A stretch of DNA of 62,836 nucleotides, the filler included, from Collodictyon triciliatum (lineage: Eukaryota), in NCBI GenBank assembly GCA_043381765.1. It is 13 parts of 13 records of this genome, joined end to end, with 100 filler letters (N's around TTAATTAATTAA, not from the genome) between each part and the next. Parts side by side here need not be neighbours in the genome. Positions count along the whole stretch, not along the records: positions 1 to 5,008 come from JBHJMP010005563.1; positions 5,109 to 10,114 come from JBHJMP010005564.1; positions 10,215 to 15,220 come from JBHJMP010005565.1; 10 more parts are not named here. One strand, 5' to 3'. Both the position numbers and the translations under genes were made by a program. The stretch's first letter is position 1, and the number at the start of each line of letters is the position of its first letter. The notes under the pieces were generated by a model that saw only the letters and a list, made by a program, of their open reading frames with translations, did no database searches and was not told where the DNA came from. Shown here piece by piece: positions 1 through 13,200 of this stretch.

Positions 1-2049
1 AGTTCAATGAATCATGTTAATATGGTGACTGTGACAAATATGTCCTTTAAAGAGAGTTCAATTAAAAATCACTATATTTGGGACTTATGATAGAAAATGA
101 GATAATAATTGACATTAATCAGATAAATAAATGCATAATAATACGGGGTGTGAATCATGAAATCTATTAGAGATGATATCCAATACTCACACAACACCTT
201 TTAATATTGCAATCAGTTGTTAATGAAATTTTATCGAATATTAGGATGTAGTTCATCGCTTGAGCCCCTATTTTGTACATAGATGGTTATTCTTCAAGGG
301 TCGACATATTTTATATTTTATTTATAATCAATAATATAGTTAACTGAAAGACAATTTTCCAAGTTATATTAAATCATAATTTTAATTTCTATCAGATACT
401 ATCGAAACCCATGTTCTAAAGAAAACTTTTTGTTTGCTCCTGTATGATATTCATTCGATGTACTCCAGCGAACAGTAATTTATTTTATCATTGAACAATA
501 TAAGTTATCGAATAATATGACTATTATACAGTTATGATTATCTGATTAATTATATGCATATAATATTATACGAAAACAATAAACGAATTGAATCAGTATA
601 TCTCGATGAATATGCACATTATGAGAATGAATAATTAATAGCTTGATTAATTTTTATTGGAATTTCTTGGTATTTGTATTTTTCATTTAGAGGAATATTA
701 AGATAAATGTTCAACAAATAAAGCAATTTTTCAAAGGATACCACTAGTTCTGGTTATGAATATTTTGTGAGATTATATTTTACAATATTTTGATGAATAA
801 TCTATTAATACATGCACTTAAATTAATTATCGTATATGTCATTTTATTTTTAATGTTTTTTCCATTAAATATCTAATAATCAATCAATATTCCAATTAAA
901 CATTATTAAAATTATATGTCATTAACCACTTCTTACTTTTAAACATCATATCATCCGCTCATCTAATTTTTGTAATGCTGAGAAAACAAGGACTTTATGT
1001 ATGATATATTTTTATCGATTAATTAAATATATTGGATGTTTTGTGCATTAAGATGCCGTTATTAAGGAAACATGATTAAACAACCAATTTATTAATTATT
1101 TCCTTACTTTATCAATATTTATATACGATATATGTGAAAAATATAACCAAATGATTGACACGGTTTTCCTTGATGACATGTTTTATTTATAATTGTGATA
1201 TACATTTAATTTCTTGATAATCATAACATATGTCTGTTTTATCATATTGAATCCTATTAAAATCGTGCAAATTGCTTGAATAATAGTAATTAATTCCATA
1301 TTTTTAATTACAGGTGTGATATTTTTTGATTTAAAAGTGCATATAATTGATTGAAAAAGTCTGTTGTGGAATCGTCAGCTATTGTGTTTATCACAATTTA
1401 TTGATTTATCACTTAGACGAACCAAACCTATTCTTCTCAAACTGAAACATGTATTATCCTATCATTTAAACTTAAACTTGATTTTTTTGATTTATTCTCA
1501 TGTCCTATTCACAATGAGGCTAATTTGCATGAGTCCCATACTTAATATTGTTTTCCGTATGTCGTAAATTGGTTTGTTTGTTTAAGGCCTGTTTCATCTA
1601 ATAATTGATTAGTGATTTTCCTATAAGTATCACATCAAAATCTACTTATAACTCGTACAAAAATGACCTTGCATAAAATATAACCGAAGACTAATGAATT
1701 TTTTCAGTTTTATCCTAATTTGTGAGTTGATATCGATTTACTTTGATATGATGACTATTTTGCATTTTTAATATAAATAAATTAATTGAATAAGTCACTA
1801 TACCATCAAATAAAATTGTCATATTTATCAATGTATGTGAAAAAGTGTATTCATATTTTGAGAGATTTTATTATATGAGTATTATTGAAGTTATGTGTAG
1901 ATAATCTATCTATGTATTTTTGAATGAATCAATTAAAATTTGAGTATAATGATTCAAAATTAGATGTTTAGGAAAATTTGTAGATTGGGTATTGCACCAC
2001 TTCATAAAATTTTGTATAAATGTTTAAGCACTCATCACATTAGTTTAGA

Positions 2050-5008
2050 ATGGGATTGAACTCAAAGTCGTTTGCAGCTCTGTTGCTGTTGGGTTAGTCA
2101 TTTATGATATTTTAATTTTTCTGATTTTATAAATTCAAATTACATAGAATTTTGATCAATATATCTTTAGGATTGATACTCCACTGCCAATTGTGTCTTG
2201 TTGAAGGACAAAGTAGTTTGATTCGCACATTGACCGGTCATACTAGTGGTGTTTGGAGTGTTGCTGTCACTCCTGATGGCTCAAAAATTGTTTCTGGGAG
2301 TTATGATAGAACAGTAAAAATCTGGAATATTTCTGATGGAGCTTTGATTCGTACATTGACCGGTCATACTGGTACTGTTTACAGTGTTGCTATTACTCCT
2401 TATGGCTCAAAAATTGTTTCTGGAAGTTCCGACAAAACAATAAAAATCTGGAATCTTTCTGATGGAGCTTTGATTCGTACATTGACCGGTCATACTAGTG
2501 GTGTTTGGAGTGTTGCTGTTACCCCTGAAGGCTCAAAAATTGTTTCCGGATGTGATGGTAAAACAGTCAAAATTTGGAATCTTTCTGATGGGGCTTTGAT
2601 TCGCACATTGACTGGCCATACTGGTACTGTTTGGAGTGTTGCTGTTACTCCTGATGGCTCAAAAATTGTTTCTGGGAGCTACGATAATGCAATCAAAATT
2701 TGGAATCTCTCTGATGGAGCTTTGATTCGCACATTGACTGGCCATACTGGTACTGCTCGGAGTGTTGCTGTTACTCCTGATGGCTCAAAAATTGTTTCTG
2801 GGAGCAGTGATAGAACAGTCAAAATTTGGAATCTCTCTGATGGAGCTTTGATTCGTACGTTGACTGGCCATACTGATTATGTTGAGAGTGTTGCTGTTAC
2901 TCCTGATGGCTCAAAAATCGTTTCTGGAAGCTGGGATAAAACAATCAAAATTAGGAATCTTTCTAATGGAGCTTTGATTCGCACATTGGCTGGCCATACT
3001 AGTGATGTTTACGGTGTTGCTGTTGCTCCTGATGGCTCAAAAATTGTTTCTGGAAGTGTTGATGAAACAATCAAAATCTGGGCACTTTGTGTTGCTGGTC
3101 AGTTTTATGATTCAGTCTCAAAGTCTTGTCAACTATGCCCATCCGGTAGCTACAGTGCTGGAGGAACGTCATCTTGCAATCTATGCCCAAGTGGCACATA
3201 CAACCCATTAACAGGTTCTACAAATGTTGGTGCTTGTCTTTCATGCGCAGCTGGAACATACAACCCATCAACAGGTTCTACAAATGTTGGTGCTTGTCTT
3301 TCATGCGCAGCTGGAACATACAACCCATCAACAGGTCAGTCTGCTTGTCTTTCATGCGCAGCTGGCACATACAATCCATCAACTGGTTCTACAAGTGTTG
3401 GAGCCTGTATTTTTTGCGAAGAAGGAAAATATAATAGCAAAACTGGTCAGCTATCGTGCCCTAATTGCGAACCAGGAACATATAGTCCCTCAAAAGGACA
3501 GACATCGTGTTTTGACTGCCCATTAGGTTTCTACAATCAGGAATCAGGAAAAACATTTTGCACACCATGCGGCCCAGGAACGTATTCGAATTCGACAAAA
3601 GGTAAATCTTGTGAAAAATGTCCAGCCGGAACTTTTAATCCAAATGTTGCGTCACCCAACATAACTAACTGTCTGCCATGTCCTCAAGGAAGATACTCAT
3701 CAAAATCAGGCGAATCAACATGTGAACTTTGTCAATCTGGTTCTTACAATCAATATCCAGGTCAGATTGGGTGCACTAATTGTACTGATGGAACTTACAA
3801 TCCTAGATTTGGTTCAACAAGCCAGGCATCATGTATTAAATGTTCGGTAGGTAGTTATGGTAATAAACAAAGAGAAGAATGCATATCGTGCCCAGCTGGA
3901 ACATTCAACAATAAAACTGGTTCATTCAACCAATCGTCATGCATTTCATGTCACAACGGAAGCTACAGCTCAGAAAGAAGCGCAGCATGCAGTTTATGCT
4001 TATCAGGATTCTATCAAAAAGAAGAAATAACAAAAGACTCGAAATCATGCCAAGCTTGTCCGAAAGGCTCATTCAACTCAAACTCCGGCTCATATGGAAA
4101 CAAATCATGTACTGAATGTCCACAAGGTACTTGGAATGATAAGGATGGTCAAGCATCATGCACTTCGTGTCCAGCTGGGACATTCAACAATAAAACTGGC
4201 TCATTCAACCAATCGTCATGCATTTCATGTCACAACGGAACCTACAGCTCAGAAAGAAGCTCATCGTGCAGTTTATGCTCACCAGGATTCTATCAAAAAG
4301 AGGGAATCTCAAAAGACTCGAAATCATGCCAAGCTTGTCCGAAAGGCACATACAACACAAACTTCGGCTCACATGGCGACGAATCATGCATTGAATGTCC
4401 ACAAGGCACTTGGAATGATAAGGATGGTCAAGCGTCATGCACATCATGTCCAGCGGGTACATACAATAATAAAACTGGCGCATTGAATATATCACAATGT
4501 ATTGAGTGCGCAAATGGAAGCTATAGCTCAGAAAGAAGCGCTTCATGCAGCTTATGCTCATCAGGATACTATCAAAAAGATGGAATCACAAAAGACTCGA
4601 AATCATGCCAAGCTTGTCCAAAAGGAACATTCAACTTAAACTCCGGCTCTTATGGAAACAAATCATGCATTAAATGTCCACAAGGCACTTGGAATGATAG
4701 AGATGGTCAAGTATCATGCACATCATGTCCAGCTGGTACATTCAACGATAAAACTGGCTCATTCAATCAATCATCATGCATTTCATGTCCAAGTGGAAGC
4801 TACAGCTCAGCTGGAAGTGCATCATGCAGCTCATGTTTATCAGGATTCTATCAAAAAGAAGAAATAATCAAAGATTCAAAATCGTGCTATGCTTGTCCAA
4901 AAGGCACATTCAACTCAAACTCCGGCTCATATGGAAACAAATCATGTATCGAATGTCCACAAGGTACTTGGAATGATAGAGATGGTCAAGCATCATGCAC
5001 ATCATGTC
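2050..5008 (+). CDS. Signal peptide + 7 highly similar WD40 repeats + Cys-rich (GCC2_GCC3/ephrin-receptor-like CxxC) repeat protein; 3' partial
   Basis: Exon 1 is 2050-2092 (ATG GGA TTG AAC...), followed by a GT-AG intron at 2093-2170 (gttagt...tttag). It joins in frame to the 970-aa ORF, giving MGLNSKSFAALLLLGLILHCQLCLVEG|QSS. Seven GH...W(N) repeats span 2218-3081, then CPxGTY/CxxC repeats run to the contig end. Confidence 0.9.
2218..3081 (+). repeat. 7 x 126-bp (42-aa) WD40 tandem repeat with high internal identity
   Basis: The consensus LIRTLTGHTxxVxSVAVTPDGSKIVSGSxDxTxKIWNLSDGA is repeated, with similarity visible at the DNA level; the last unit stops at the Trp. Confidence 0.95.
3889..5008 (+). 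repeat. About 4 x 279-bp (93-aa, 10 Cys) coding tandem repeat
   Basis: The CPAGTFNNKTGSFNQSSCISC...GQASCTS unit recurs at 279-bp spacing (3889, 4168, ...). Confidence 0.95.
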
Positions 5009-5108
5009 NNNNNNNNNNNNNNNNNNNNNNNNNNNNNNNNNNNNNNNNNNNNTTAATTAATTAANNNNNNNNNNNNNNNNNNNNNNNNNNNNNNNNNNNN
5101 NNNNNNNN
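5009..5108. other. Artificial contig spacer (44 N + TTAATTAATTAA + 44 N), recurring about every 5.1 kb (12 in the window)
   Basis: An identical linker with stops in all six frames starts at 5053, 10159, 15265, 20371, 25487, 30591, 35695, 40798, 45900, 51001, 56097 and 61193. Confidence 0.99.
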
Positions 5109-5170
<62 letters not shown>

Positions 5171-5208
5171 AAAAAAAAAAAAAAAAAAAAAACAAAAAAA
5201 AAACAGAC

Positions 5209-8200
5209 TTGCGCAATGAATCCTTTGTCGTCAGAACCACCAGCAACATTATTCTTAATGATAATATTAGAACAGGGCGTTCCCTTTTGCACCGCACATA
5301 TATCGTAGTTTGCAATGATGACAGTTTCTTCAGGATTGAAGAATGCTACAATGAAGTAAAACCGTGGATTGCAATTTAACATCTTTGCAGTGAAAAAGAT
5401 TAATCAATATATCTTGCACCATGGCAAACCTGAATTATCGAAGGAACCTGTGACCAAGTTGTGTGTGATTTCAACATTAGATGCTGACCGAAGAATCACC
5501 GATGAGAGAATGGTCTTGTATATAACGTTATGGGATAATGTTCCTGGCGTTTTCTCGATATAAACGGCAGCGTTGAAAGAGTCATGAATTGAAGAGTTCA
5601 CTATTGAGAATGAGGTCGAGGAAATGGCATCGACTGCTGAGCGGAGTGTCAAGTACTGCCCACAATTTGAAACTTCAACATTGTACATGGTAAGCACCCC
5701 AGACCTGAAAAACTACAAAATAGGTTTGATAGTCTTGTCAGTAACTGTGGCGAACAAAGAGGGGCGATAGATATGTTCAGAATTCATTAGAGAACACAAT
5801 TTCATACTTCATCATCTTGGAACGAGCTCGACAGTATGTGGCAACCAATCTTATCGGGGTCAATACTCCCAGACAGTTTTACATTTCTAGATCTGTAGAG
5901 TGAAATAAATAGATATTAAATATGCTTATAAATATTACTCCAGCAAAAGTGTGGACAGAGGAAATAAAATCTTAAAAGGGGTTACAAATCTTGTGAATTT
6001 TGGTCAAGCGGGAAGGGGAAAAAGAAACAATCTGTTCAGGCTTATCACTCACAACAATCCAACTTCAGCTCGAATTTCGATTGAAAATCCTTTTTCGGTT
6101 TGTGTAGATGGAGCACCATAGTGACCATTCACAAGGGGTGTGGCAAGATTAATTGTGCGGGAGTCTGCAGACACCGACAAGATGACAACAACTTCTTGAC
6201 TTTTCTGGGGCATATCAGTGGACGTGATGATGATACTCTGTCCTGCTATCCAGTTCACCGGATCGCAGAGCGTTATACTATTGTCACCCTTGTGCGATGG
6301 CTTTATATATATGAGAATGGGGTGGTGGGTCCAATTTAATAAGGAACAATTTTTGCACTACACGATTGTAAATTAAACCCTTATTCGTATTTGGGTTATT
6401 AGCAAATAAATCACCTTGCACAGCCGAGTCCATGAGGGAGCAAACGGGTAGCCATACAAGAATGTACTTCCAAAGTTTGCTAGTACCTTAGCACCCGCAT
6501 CGATGTCATCTGATATGAGCAATGGGAACGAGTTAATGTCCCCATTGAATATGACACTAACCGTATGGTTGTATGGAACAGGCGATGTTTGGGAGCCAAT
6601 AGTGAAATTCCCTCCTCGCACAAACAGGGTTTCGACTTGCAGAGAAGATGATATTCTATAATCCCGATGATTTCGAGATCGATGGTGATATTGAGAAGAG
6701 ATATCCAAAAAAATAATAAATTAAAATGCACAATGCCATTACAATATGAGTAATGATATACTTGTTTCTAGTGATTTGATGTTGAAGAGTGTATTCAATT
6801 TAACCTGGTTCCGTTAATGATGAGCTCCCCTTCAATATAAAGATTTCCAAGCTTTGGAGGGTCTAAATCTAGAATGACATGCCATCCGTACGGAATCAAA
6901 ACATCATCACCTGCTTTAGGCAGCTTCTTATCGGGCCACATTGTTGCGTTTGACCACATTCTGAAGAAGTTTTCATTTTTGTCCACAACTGGTGGTTTGA
7001 GGCATCCTGTTGCCGGACATAAGAATCCCTGAATCGTTAGAGTCGATTGCGGCCCATTGCCTGAAATTAGAACTGTTAAAGTGCGGATGTCCTTGTTGTG
7101 GAAGAATGACCCAGTTTGATTTGTGACGGTAGGTATCTCATTGAACTCCAGTGTCGGACGGCCATCTTGAGTTATAGTGAAATGATCGATGAAAGAGAAG
7201 TACGGAAAAGTCAGGTAATACCTAGATAGAATATTATTAGTGGGCTTTAGTGGTTGTTTTTTTTTTTGAGGTCGATTCAAAGATTTGTAGAAATTTATAT
7301 GCTCGCTACCCAAGAAAATTCTCAACAAATATCATATTTGATAAGTCTCTGGTGTTGTGGGTTATATATTTTTTTGGAAGTAGATCGTGACGGCGTCTTT
7401 AACATACCAATCTCCAGAGGACATGTAACTGGCTTGTAGCTTGAGATTCATGAAGTCGGAATTGGAATTGATTCTCACTGTATAATTTTGGTTCGTTGCC
7501 ATGCCAATAGCCCACCCACGATTGGGATCTTTGCTCTTTCTCCAAGGTACTCTTGACAAGTCATTTGGGGTCTGGGAGTTTGTATTTCCAATAAGTAGGT
7601 CCTAATACCGTGGATTTTTTTTTTAAAAAAAAAAAAATTAAAAAAAAAAACGGGTATCTGAGGTCACGTGTAATACAAGAGAAATTACTATTCGAGGGTA
7701 GGATCTGCTGGAATCGAAAAAAAAAAAATGTGTATTGTTATCTAATGTTATTTATCTTTTACTGTATTTGTTAAGTTTTAACGAACCATGAAATCTAGAG
7801 TTCCTTGAGGCTCCTGACCGAAAATTGCTAGTCTTCGAATACGAACTCCTGGTTGACAAACGAGACCATCCATGACAGAGTCTTTGTGGCAGTAGTCGTT
7901 GATATAATTGTGAGGCCAGAAATAAGTGGCAAATCCCCCAGCAGCTCCTGTCAGTGTGCCATCCAAATCATGGAAAATACCCTGAGCAACGAGGTGAGTT
8001 AAATCAAACTGTTGAGGCTATCTGTTTCGTTATCGTACAGAGCGGGGGAGTAATTCGTCTAAACCTTTCATACAAAACCAGGATGATATCTGAGTTGAAA
8101 AAGGAAATGAAAAACTACATGGCTCAAGCGTACAAGTATTACCTTGAAAGGGAATCCCCACACAACTTTCTGATCTGTATTTATAAATTGAAGTCCTGAC

Positions 8201-9875
8201 ATTGTTAATGTTCGTGCATCATTGTCTGTAGAGGCCGGATGTGTGCAAGCACTGCATGAGCTTAGGGCCTAAAAGTAATGATATTCATTTATTAATTTAT
8301 TATACTATTTCACTTGAGAACTTTTGGAAAAGATAGTAAACTGAGGTGATGAGATATTGTTGAAATGCATAAAGCTTGAGTGCGTGGCTGGATATGTGCT
8401 ACTAACCCTGGATGATGAGGGGAAGTTTACGAAAGTAATATTACTGATGGAGTACCGGTCAGCACGGGGGCCAAAATAACCTGTTATGTGTATATTTGTT
8501 GACATGGTTGATTAGTTAGTGGATTCCTTTGCGTTACTTTTTGTAAATTAAAGGCCATTACATGAAGGGAGAGGATGTACTATTTTACAGCGTGGGACAT
8601 ACCTGTAGAGCCCGGCATTATGGGGCCACCGAAAGTATTATTTGAATTTCCAACAATTATCGCATTCATGGTGGTGGCATAACCTTGCTCAACAAAAACT
8701 TCAGAGATTTCCATTCCGCGAGTATTATCTTAATCATAAACGAGGGGGATCATTTAATATTTTTTTTAGTTTTTCTTCTAATAATTGGGGTTGGAAAACT
8801 CTTTGTTTTTTTTTAAAGCAAACTTGCTTTTAAATACATACCAGCAATTTTGAAGTTGACGAACTTGATTCCTCCAACAAATGAGCCTATGACTCCATTT
8901 TTAAGGTTTTTATAGGCAGTAAAGTTGTAGAAATATGCTTCCAAAGGGGGATTATATGAATTGAATATTGGGCCGCATGGATTGGTCAAAGGGGTAAACT
9001 GGTGGAATATTCGTAGCCCATATTTGACATTTGAATGGGCCGAATTTCCAATGAATGATCCAAGCGGGTTTCCTGGAGGACACACTGATTTCGTTGCTGA
9101 AGGGCCTGTTGGATTTGGTTGTAAGTCAAACCAAAAACCATACCTTTCACTACCAGCCGCTGTATTATTTATGAAGTGATTGTCCGGGTTTGTTATCTAT
9201 TGATTTTATGTTATAAAGTTATGAAATATGCATGATGTGGGAGCAACAACCTCATGTGACTAATAAACAGAAATGAAGAATAGGGTATGCATGAAAAAAT
9301 AGATGAAAAAAAAAGCGAGAAATTAAACAAAACTGCTGTATACCCAAAAGGTAGCAGGTGTTTGGTCAGTAGTGAGTAAGCTGTTGGAGACTTTTGTTAC
9401 CAGACCAAGGTTGTTGGTCAGAATATTGTCAGTTTCTATGGCATCTTCGATAAAGAATGTGTGTCCAAAGACATTGAAAGCGATGTTGTTGTCGATTCTA
9501 TAGAATTATTTGAGTATTTGATAAGGTCAGAACGAGAAGATTTCATTCTTTTTTTCAGAAAAAAAGCTTGAAGAGATAATATTGGTGGGAATGTATTAAT
9601 TATTTTAACGATTGTTTAGTTTATTTTTTTAAAAAAAAAATATTCCATTAATACCAGTGATGAGGAAAGAAATGGAGAAAAGTATACTTCAATTGATGAA
9701 CTCCGTGTATCGTGAAGGCGCGATTATATGTATCATGTACACTGCATCCCTTCACAAAGCTTTGACCAACAATGCCGATCATATGGAAATGAATCGGGTA
9801 TCTTCCTAGTCGGAATGCTTGTCCTGCTTGTGCAACTTCGACGAAAGAAAGTCTTCCCACAGTGGATTCATCTCC
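5209..9875 (-). CDS. Fibrocystin-L/PKHD1L1-like protein (G8 domain + parallel beta-helix repeats), multi-exon, partial at both ends
   Basis: Spliced GT-AG exons give AGQAFRLGRYPIHFHMIG, HTFFIEDAIETDN, FWITNPDN, the G8 start WSNATMWPDKKLPKAGDDVLIPYGWHVILD, and IRAEVGLL. Confidence 0.88.
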
Positions 9876-10214
9876 CTTTGATAGTTCCAGAGAAAAATGA
9901 CAAATAAAAATAAGATAAATGGAAACTCACAAAGTAGTTCAATTTCATGTATAATCTGGAAAGCTATAAAATAAGAAATAGTAACATATATTATATGAAT
10001 TGCTTGAATAAGATAAGAAAGAAAAGAGAAAGAGAAAGAGAAAGAGAAAGAGAAAGAGAAAGAGAAAGAGAAAGAGAAAGAGAAAGAGAAAGAGAAAGAG
10101 AAAGAGAAAGAGAANNNNNNNNNNNNNNNNNNNNNNNNNNNNNNNNNNNNNNNNNNNNTTAATTAATTAANNNNNNNNNNNNNNNNNNNNNNNNNNNNNN
10201 NNNNNNNNNNNNNN

Positions 10215-13200
10215 TTGATTGAATGAGCCAGTTTTGTTGTTGAATGTCCCAGCTGGACATGATGTGCATGATGCTTGCCCATTTTTATCATTCCAAGTAC
10301 CTTGTGGACATTCGATACATGATTTGTATCCATACGAGCCGGAGTTTGAGTTGAATGTGCCTTTTGGACAAGCATAGCATGATTTTGAGTCCTTTGTGAT
10401 TTCTTCTTTTTGATAGAATCCTGATGAACATAGACTGCATGATGCGCTTCTCTCTGAGCTGTGGCTTCCATTTGGACATGATATGCAAGATGATTGATTA
10501 AATGAGCCAGTTTTATTATTGAATCTACCAGCTGGACATGATGTGCATGACGCTTGACCATCTCTATCACTCCAAGTACCTTGTGGACACTCAATACATG
10601 ATTTGTTTCCATACGAGCCGGAGTTTGAGTTGAATGTGCCTTTTGGACATACATAACATGATTTTGAATCTTTTGTGATATCTTCTTTTTGATAGAATCC
10701 TGGTGAGCATGAGATGCATGATGAACTACCAGCTGAGCTGTAGCTTCCATCTGGACATGAAATGCATGATGATTGATTGAATGAGCCAGTTTTGTTGTTG
10801 AATGTCCCAGCTGGACATGATGTGCATGATGCTTGCCCATTTTTATCATTCCAAGTACCTTGTGGACATTCGATGCATGATTTGTTTCCATGTGAGCCGA
10901 AGTTTGAGTTGAATGCGCCTTTTGGACAAGAATAGCATGATTTTGAATCTTTTGTGATTCCTTCTTTTTGATAGAATCCTGATGAGCATAAGCTGCATGA
11001 AGAGCTTCCAGCTGAGCTATAGCTCCCATCTGGACATGAAATGCATGATGATTGATTGAATGAGCCAGTTTTGTTGTTGAATGTCCCAGCTGGACATGAT
11101 GTGCATGATGCTTGACCCTCTCTATCATTCCAAGTACCTTGTGGACATTCGATACATGATGCGTTTCCATATGAGCCGGAGTTTGAGTTGAATGTGCCTT
11201 TTGGACAGGCATGGCATGATTGTGAGTCTTTTATGATTTCTTCTTTTTGATAGAATCCTGATAAACATGAAGTGCATGATGCGCTTCTTTCTGAGCTGTA
11301 GCTTCCGTTTGAACATGAAATGCATGATAATTGATTGAATGAGCCAGTTTTATTGTTGAATGTACCAGCTGGACACGATGCGCATGATGCTTGACCATCT
11401 CTATCATTCCAAGTACCTTGTGGACATTCGATACATGATTTGTCTCCATATGAGCCGGAGTTTGAGTTGAATGTGCCTTTTGGACAGGCATGGCATGATT
11501 GTGAGTCTTTTTTTATTCCATCTTTTTGATAGAATCCTGGTAGGCACAAACTACATGATGAGCTTCTTTCTGAGCTGTAGCTTCCGTTTGGACATGAAAT
11601 GCATGATGATTGATCAAATGAATCAGTTTTGTTGTTATATGTACCAGCTGGACACGATGCGCATGATGCTTGACCATCTCTATCATTCCAAGTACCTTGT
11701 GGACATTCAATACATGATTTGTTGCCATATGAGCCGGAGTTTGAGTTGAACGTGCCTTTTGGACAAGCATAGCACGAACTTGAGTCTTTTGTGATATCTT
11801 CTTTTTGGTAGAATCCTGATAAGCAAAGGCTGCATGATGCACTTCCAGCTGAGCTATAGCTTCCATTTGGACATTCAATGCATGATGATTGGTTAAATGA
11901 GCCAGTTTTATTGTTGAATGTACCAGCTGGGCATGATGTGCATGATGCTTGACCATCTCTATCATTCCAAGTACCTTGTGGACATCCAATGCATGATTTG
12001 TTTCCATATGAGCCGGAGTTTGAGTTGAATGTGCCTTTTGGACAAGCACCGCATGATTTTGAGTCTTTTATGATCTCTTCTTTTTGATAGAATCCTGATA
12101 AGCATAAGCTGCATGATGCACTTCCAGCTGAGCTATAGCTTCCATTTGGACATTCAATGCATGATGATTGTTTGTATGAACCAGTTTTATTATTGTATGT
12201 ACCAACCGGGCATGATGTGCATGATGCTTGACTATCTCTATCATTCCAAGTACCTTGTGGACATTCGATGCATGATTTGTTACCATATAAGCCAGAGTTT
12301 GAGTTGAATGTGCCTTTTGGACAAGCGTGGCATGATTTTGAGTCTTTTGTGATATCTTCTTTTTGGTAGAATCCTGATAAGCATAAGCTGCATGATGAGC
12401 TTCTTTCTGAGCTATAGCTTCCATTCGGACATGAAATGCATGAAGAATTATTGGATGAACCAGTTTTGTTGTTGAATGAACCAGCTGGACATGATGTGCA
12501 TGATGCTTGACCATCTCTATCATTCCAAGTGCCTTGTGGACATTCAATACATGATTTGTTGCCATATGAGCCGGAGTTTGAGTTGAATGTGCCTTCTGGA
12601 CAAGCGTAGCATGATTTCGAGCCTTTCATTATTCCTTCTTTTTGATAGAATCCTGATAAGCATAAGCTGCATGATGAGCTTCTTTCTGGGCTGTAGCTTC
12701 CATTTGCACATGAAATGCATGATGATTGATTGAATGAGCCAGTTTTGTTGTTAAATGTCCCAACTGGACATGATGTGCATGATACTTGACCATCTCTATC
12801 ATTCCAAGTACCTTGTGGACATCCAATGCATGATTTGTTTCCATGTGAGCCGGAGTTTGAGTTGAATGTGCCTTTTGGACAACCATAGCATGATTGAGAA
12901 TCTTTTATTATACCTTCTTTTTGATAGAATCCTGATAAGCATAAGCTGCATGATGAGCTTCTTTCTGGGCTGTAGCTTCCATTTGAACATGAAATGCATG
13001 ATGATTGGTCAAATGAGCCAGTTTTATCGTTGAATGTACCAGCTGGACAAGATGTGCATGACACTTGACCATCTATATCATTCCAAGTACCTTGTGGACA
13101 TTCGATACATGATTTGTTGCCATATGAGCCGGAGTTTGAGTTGAATGTGCCTTTTGGACAACCATAGCATGATTGAGAATCTTTTATTATACCTTCTTTT

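Noticed and set aside
1-2049. 2 kb of very AT-rich sequence upstream of the WD40 gene
   Set aside because: I found no credible ORF, repeat or RNA structure by eye.
2052-2070. B-box or tRNA T-arm-like GAGTTCAATCCC on the minus strand
   Set aside because: It lies in coding exon 1 of the WD40 gene, and no cloverleaf can be folded.
2218-3081. Diversity-generating retroelement as the source of WD40 variation
   Set aside because: The changes are not adenine-specific, and the contig has no template repeat or reverse transcriptase.
5053-5064. Regularly spaced palindrome TTAATTAATTAA, superficially like a CRISPR array or recombination site
   Set aside because: It is always flanked by 44 N on each side, so it is an artificial contig linker.
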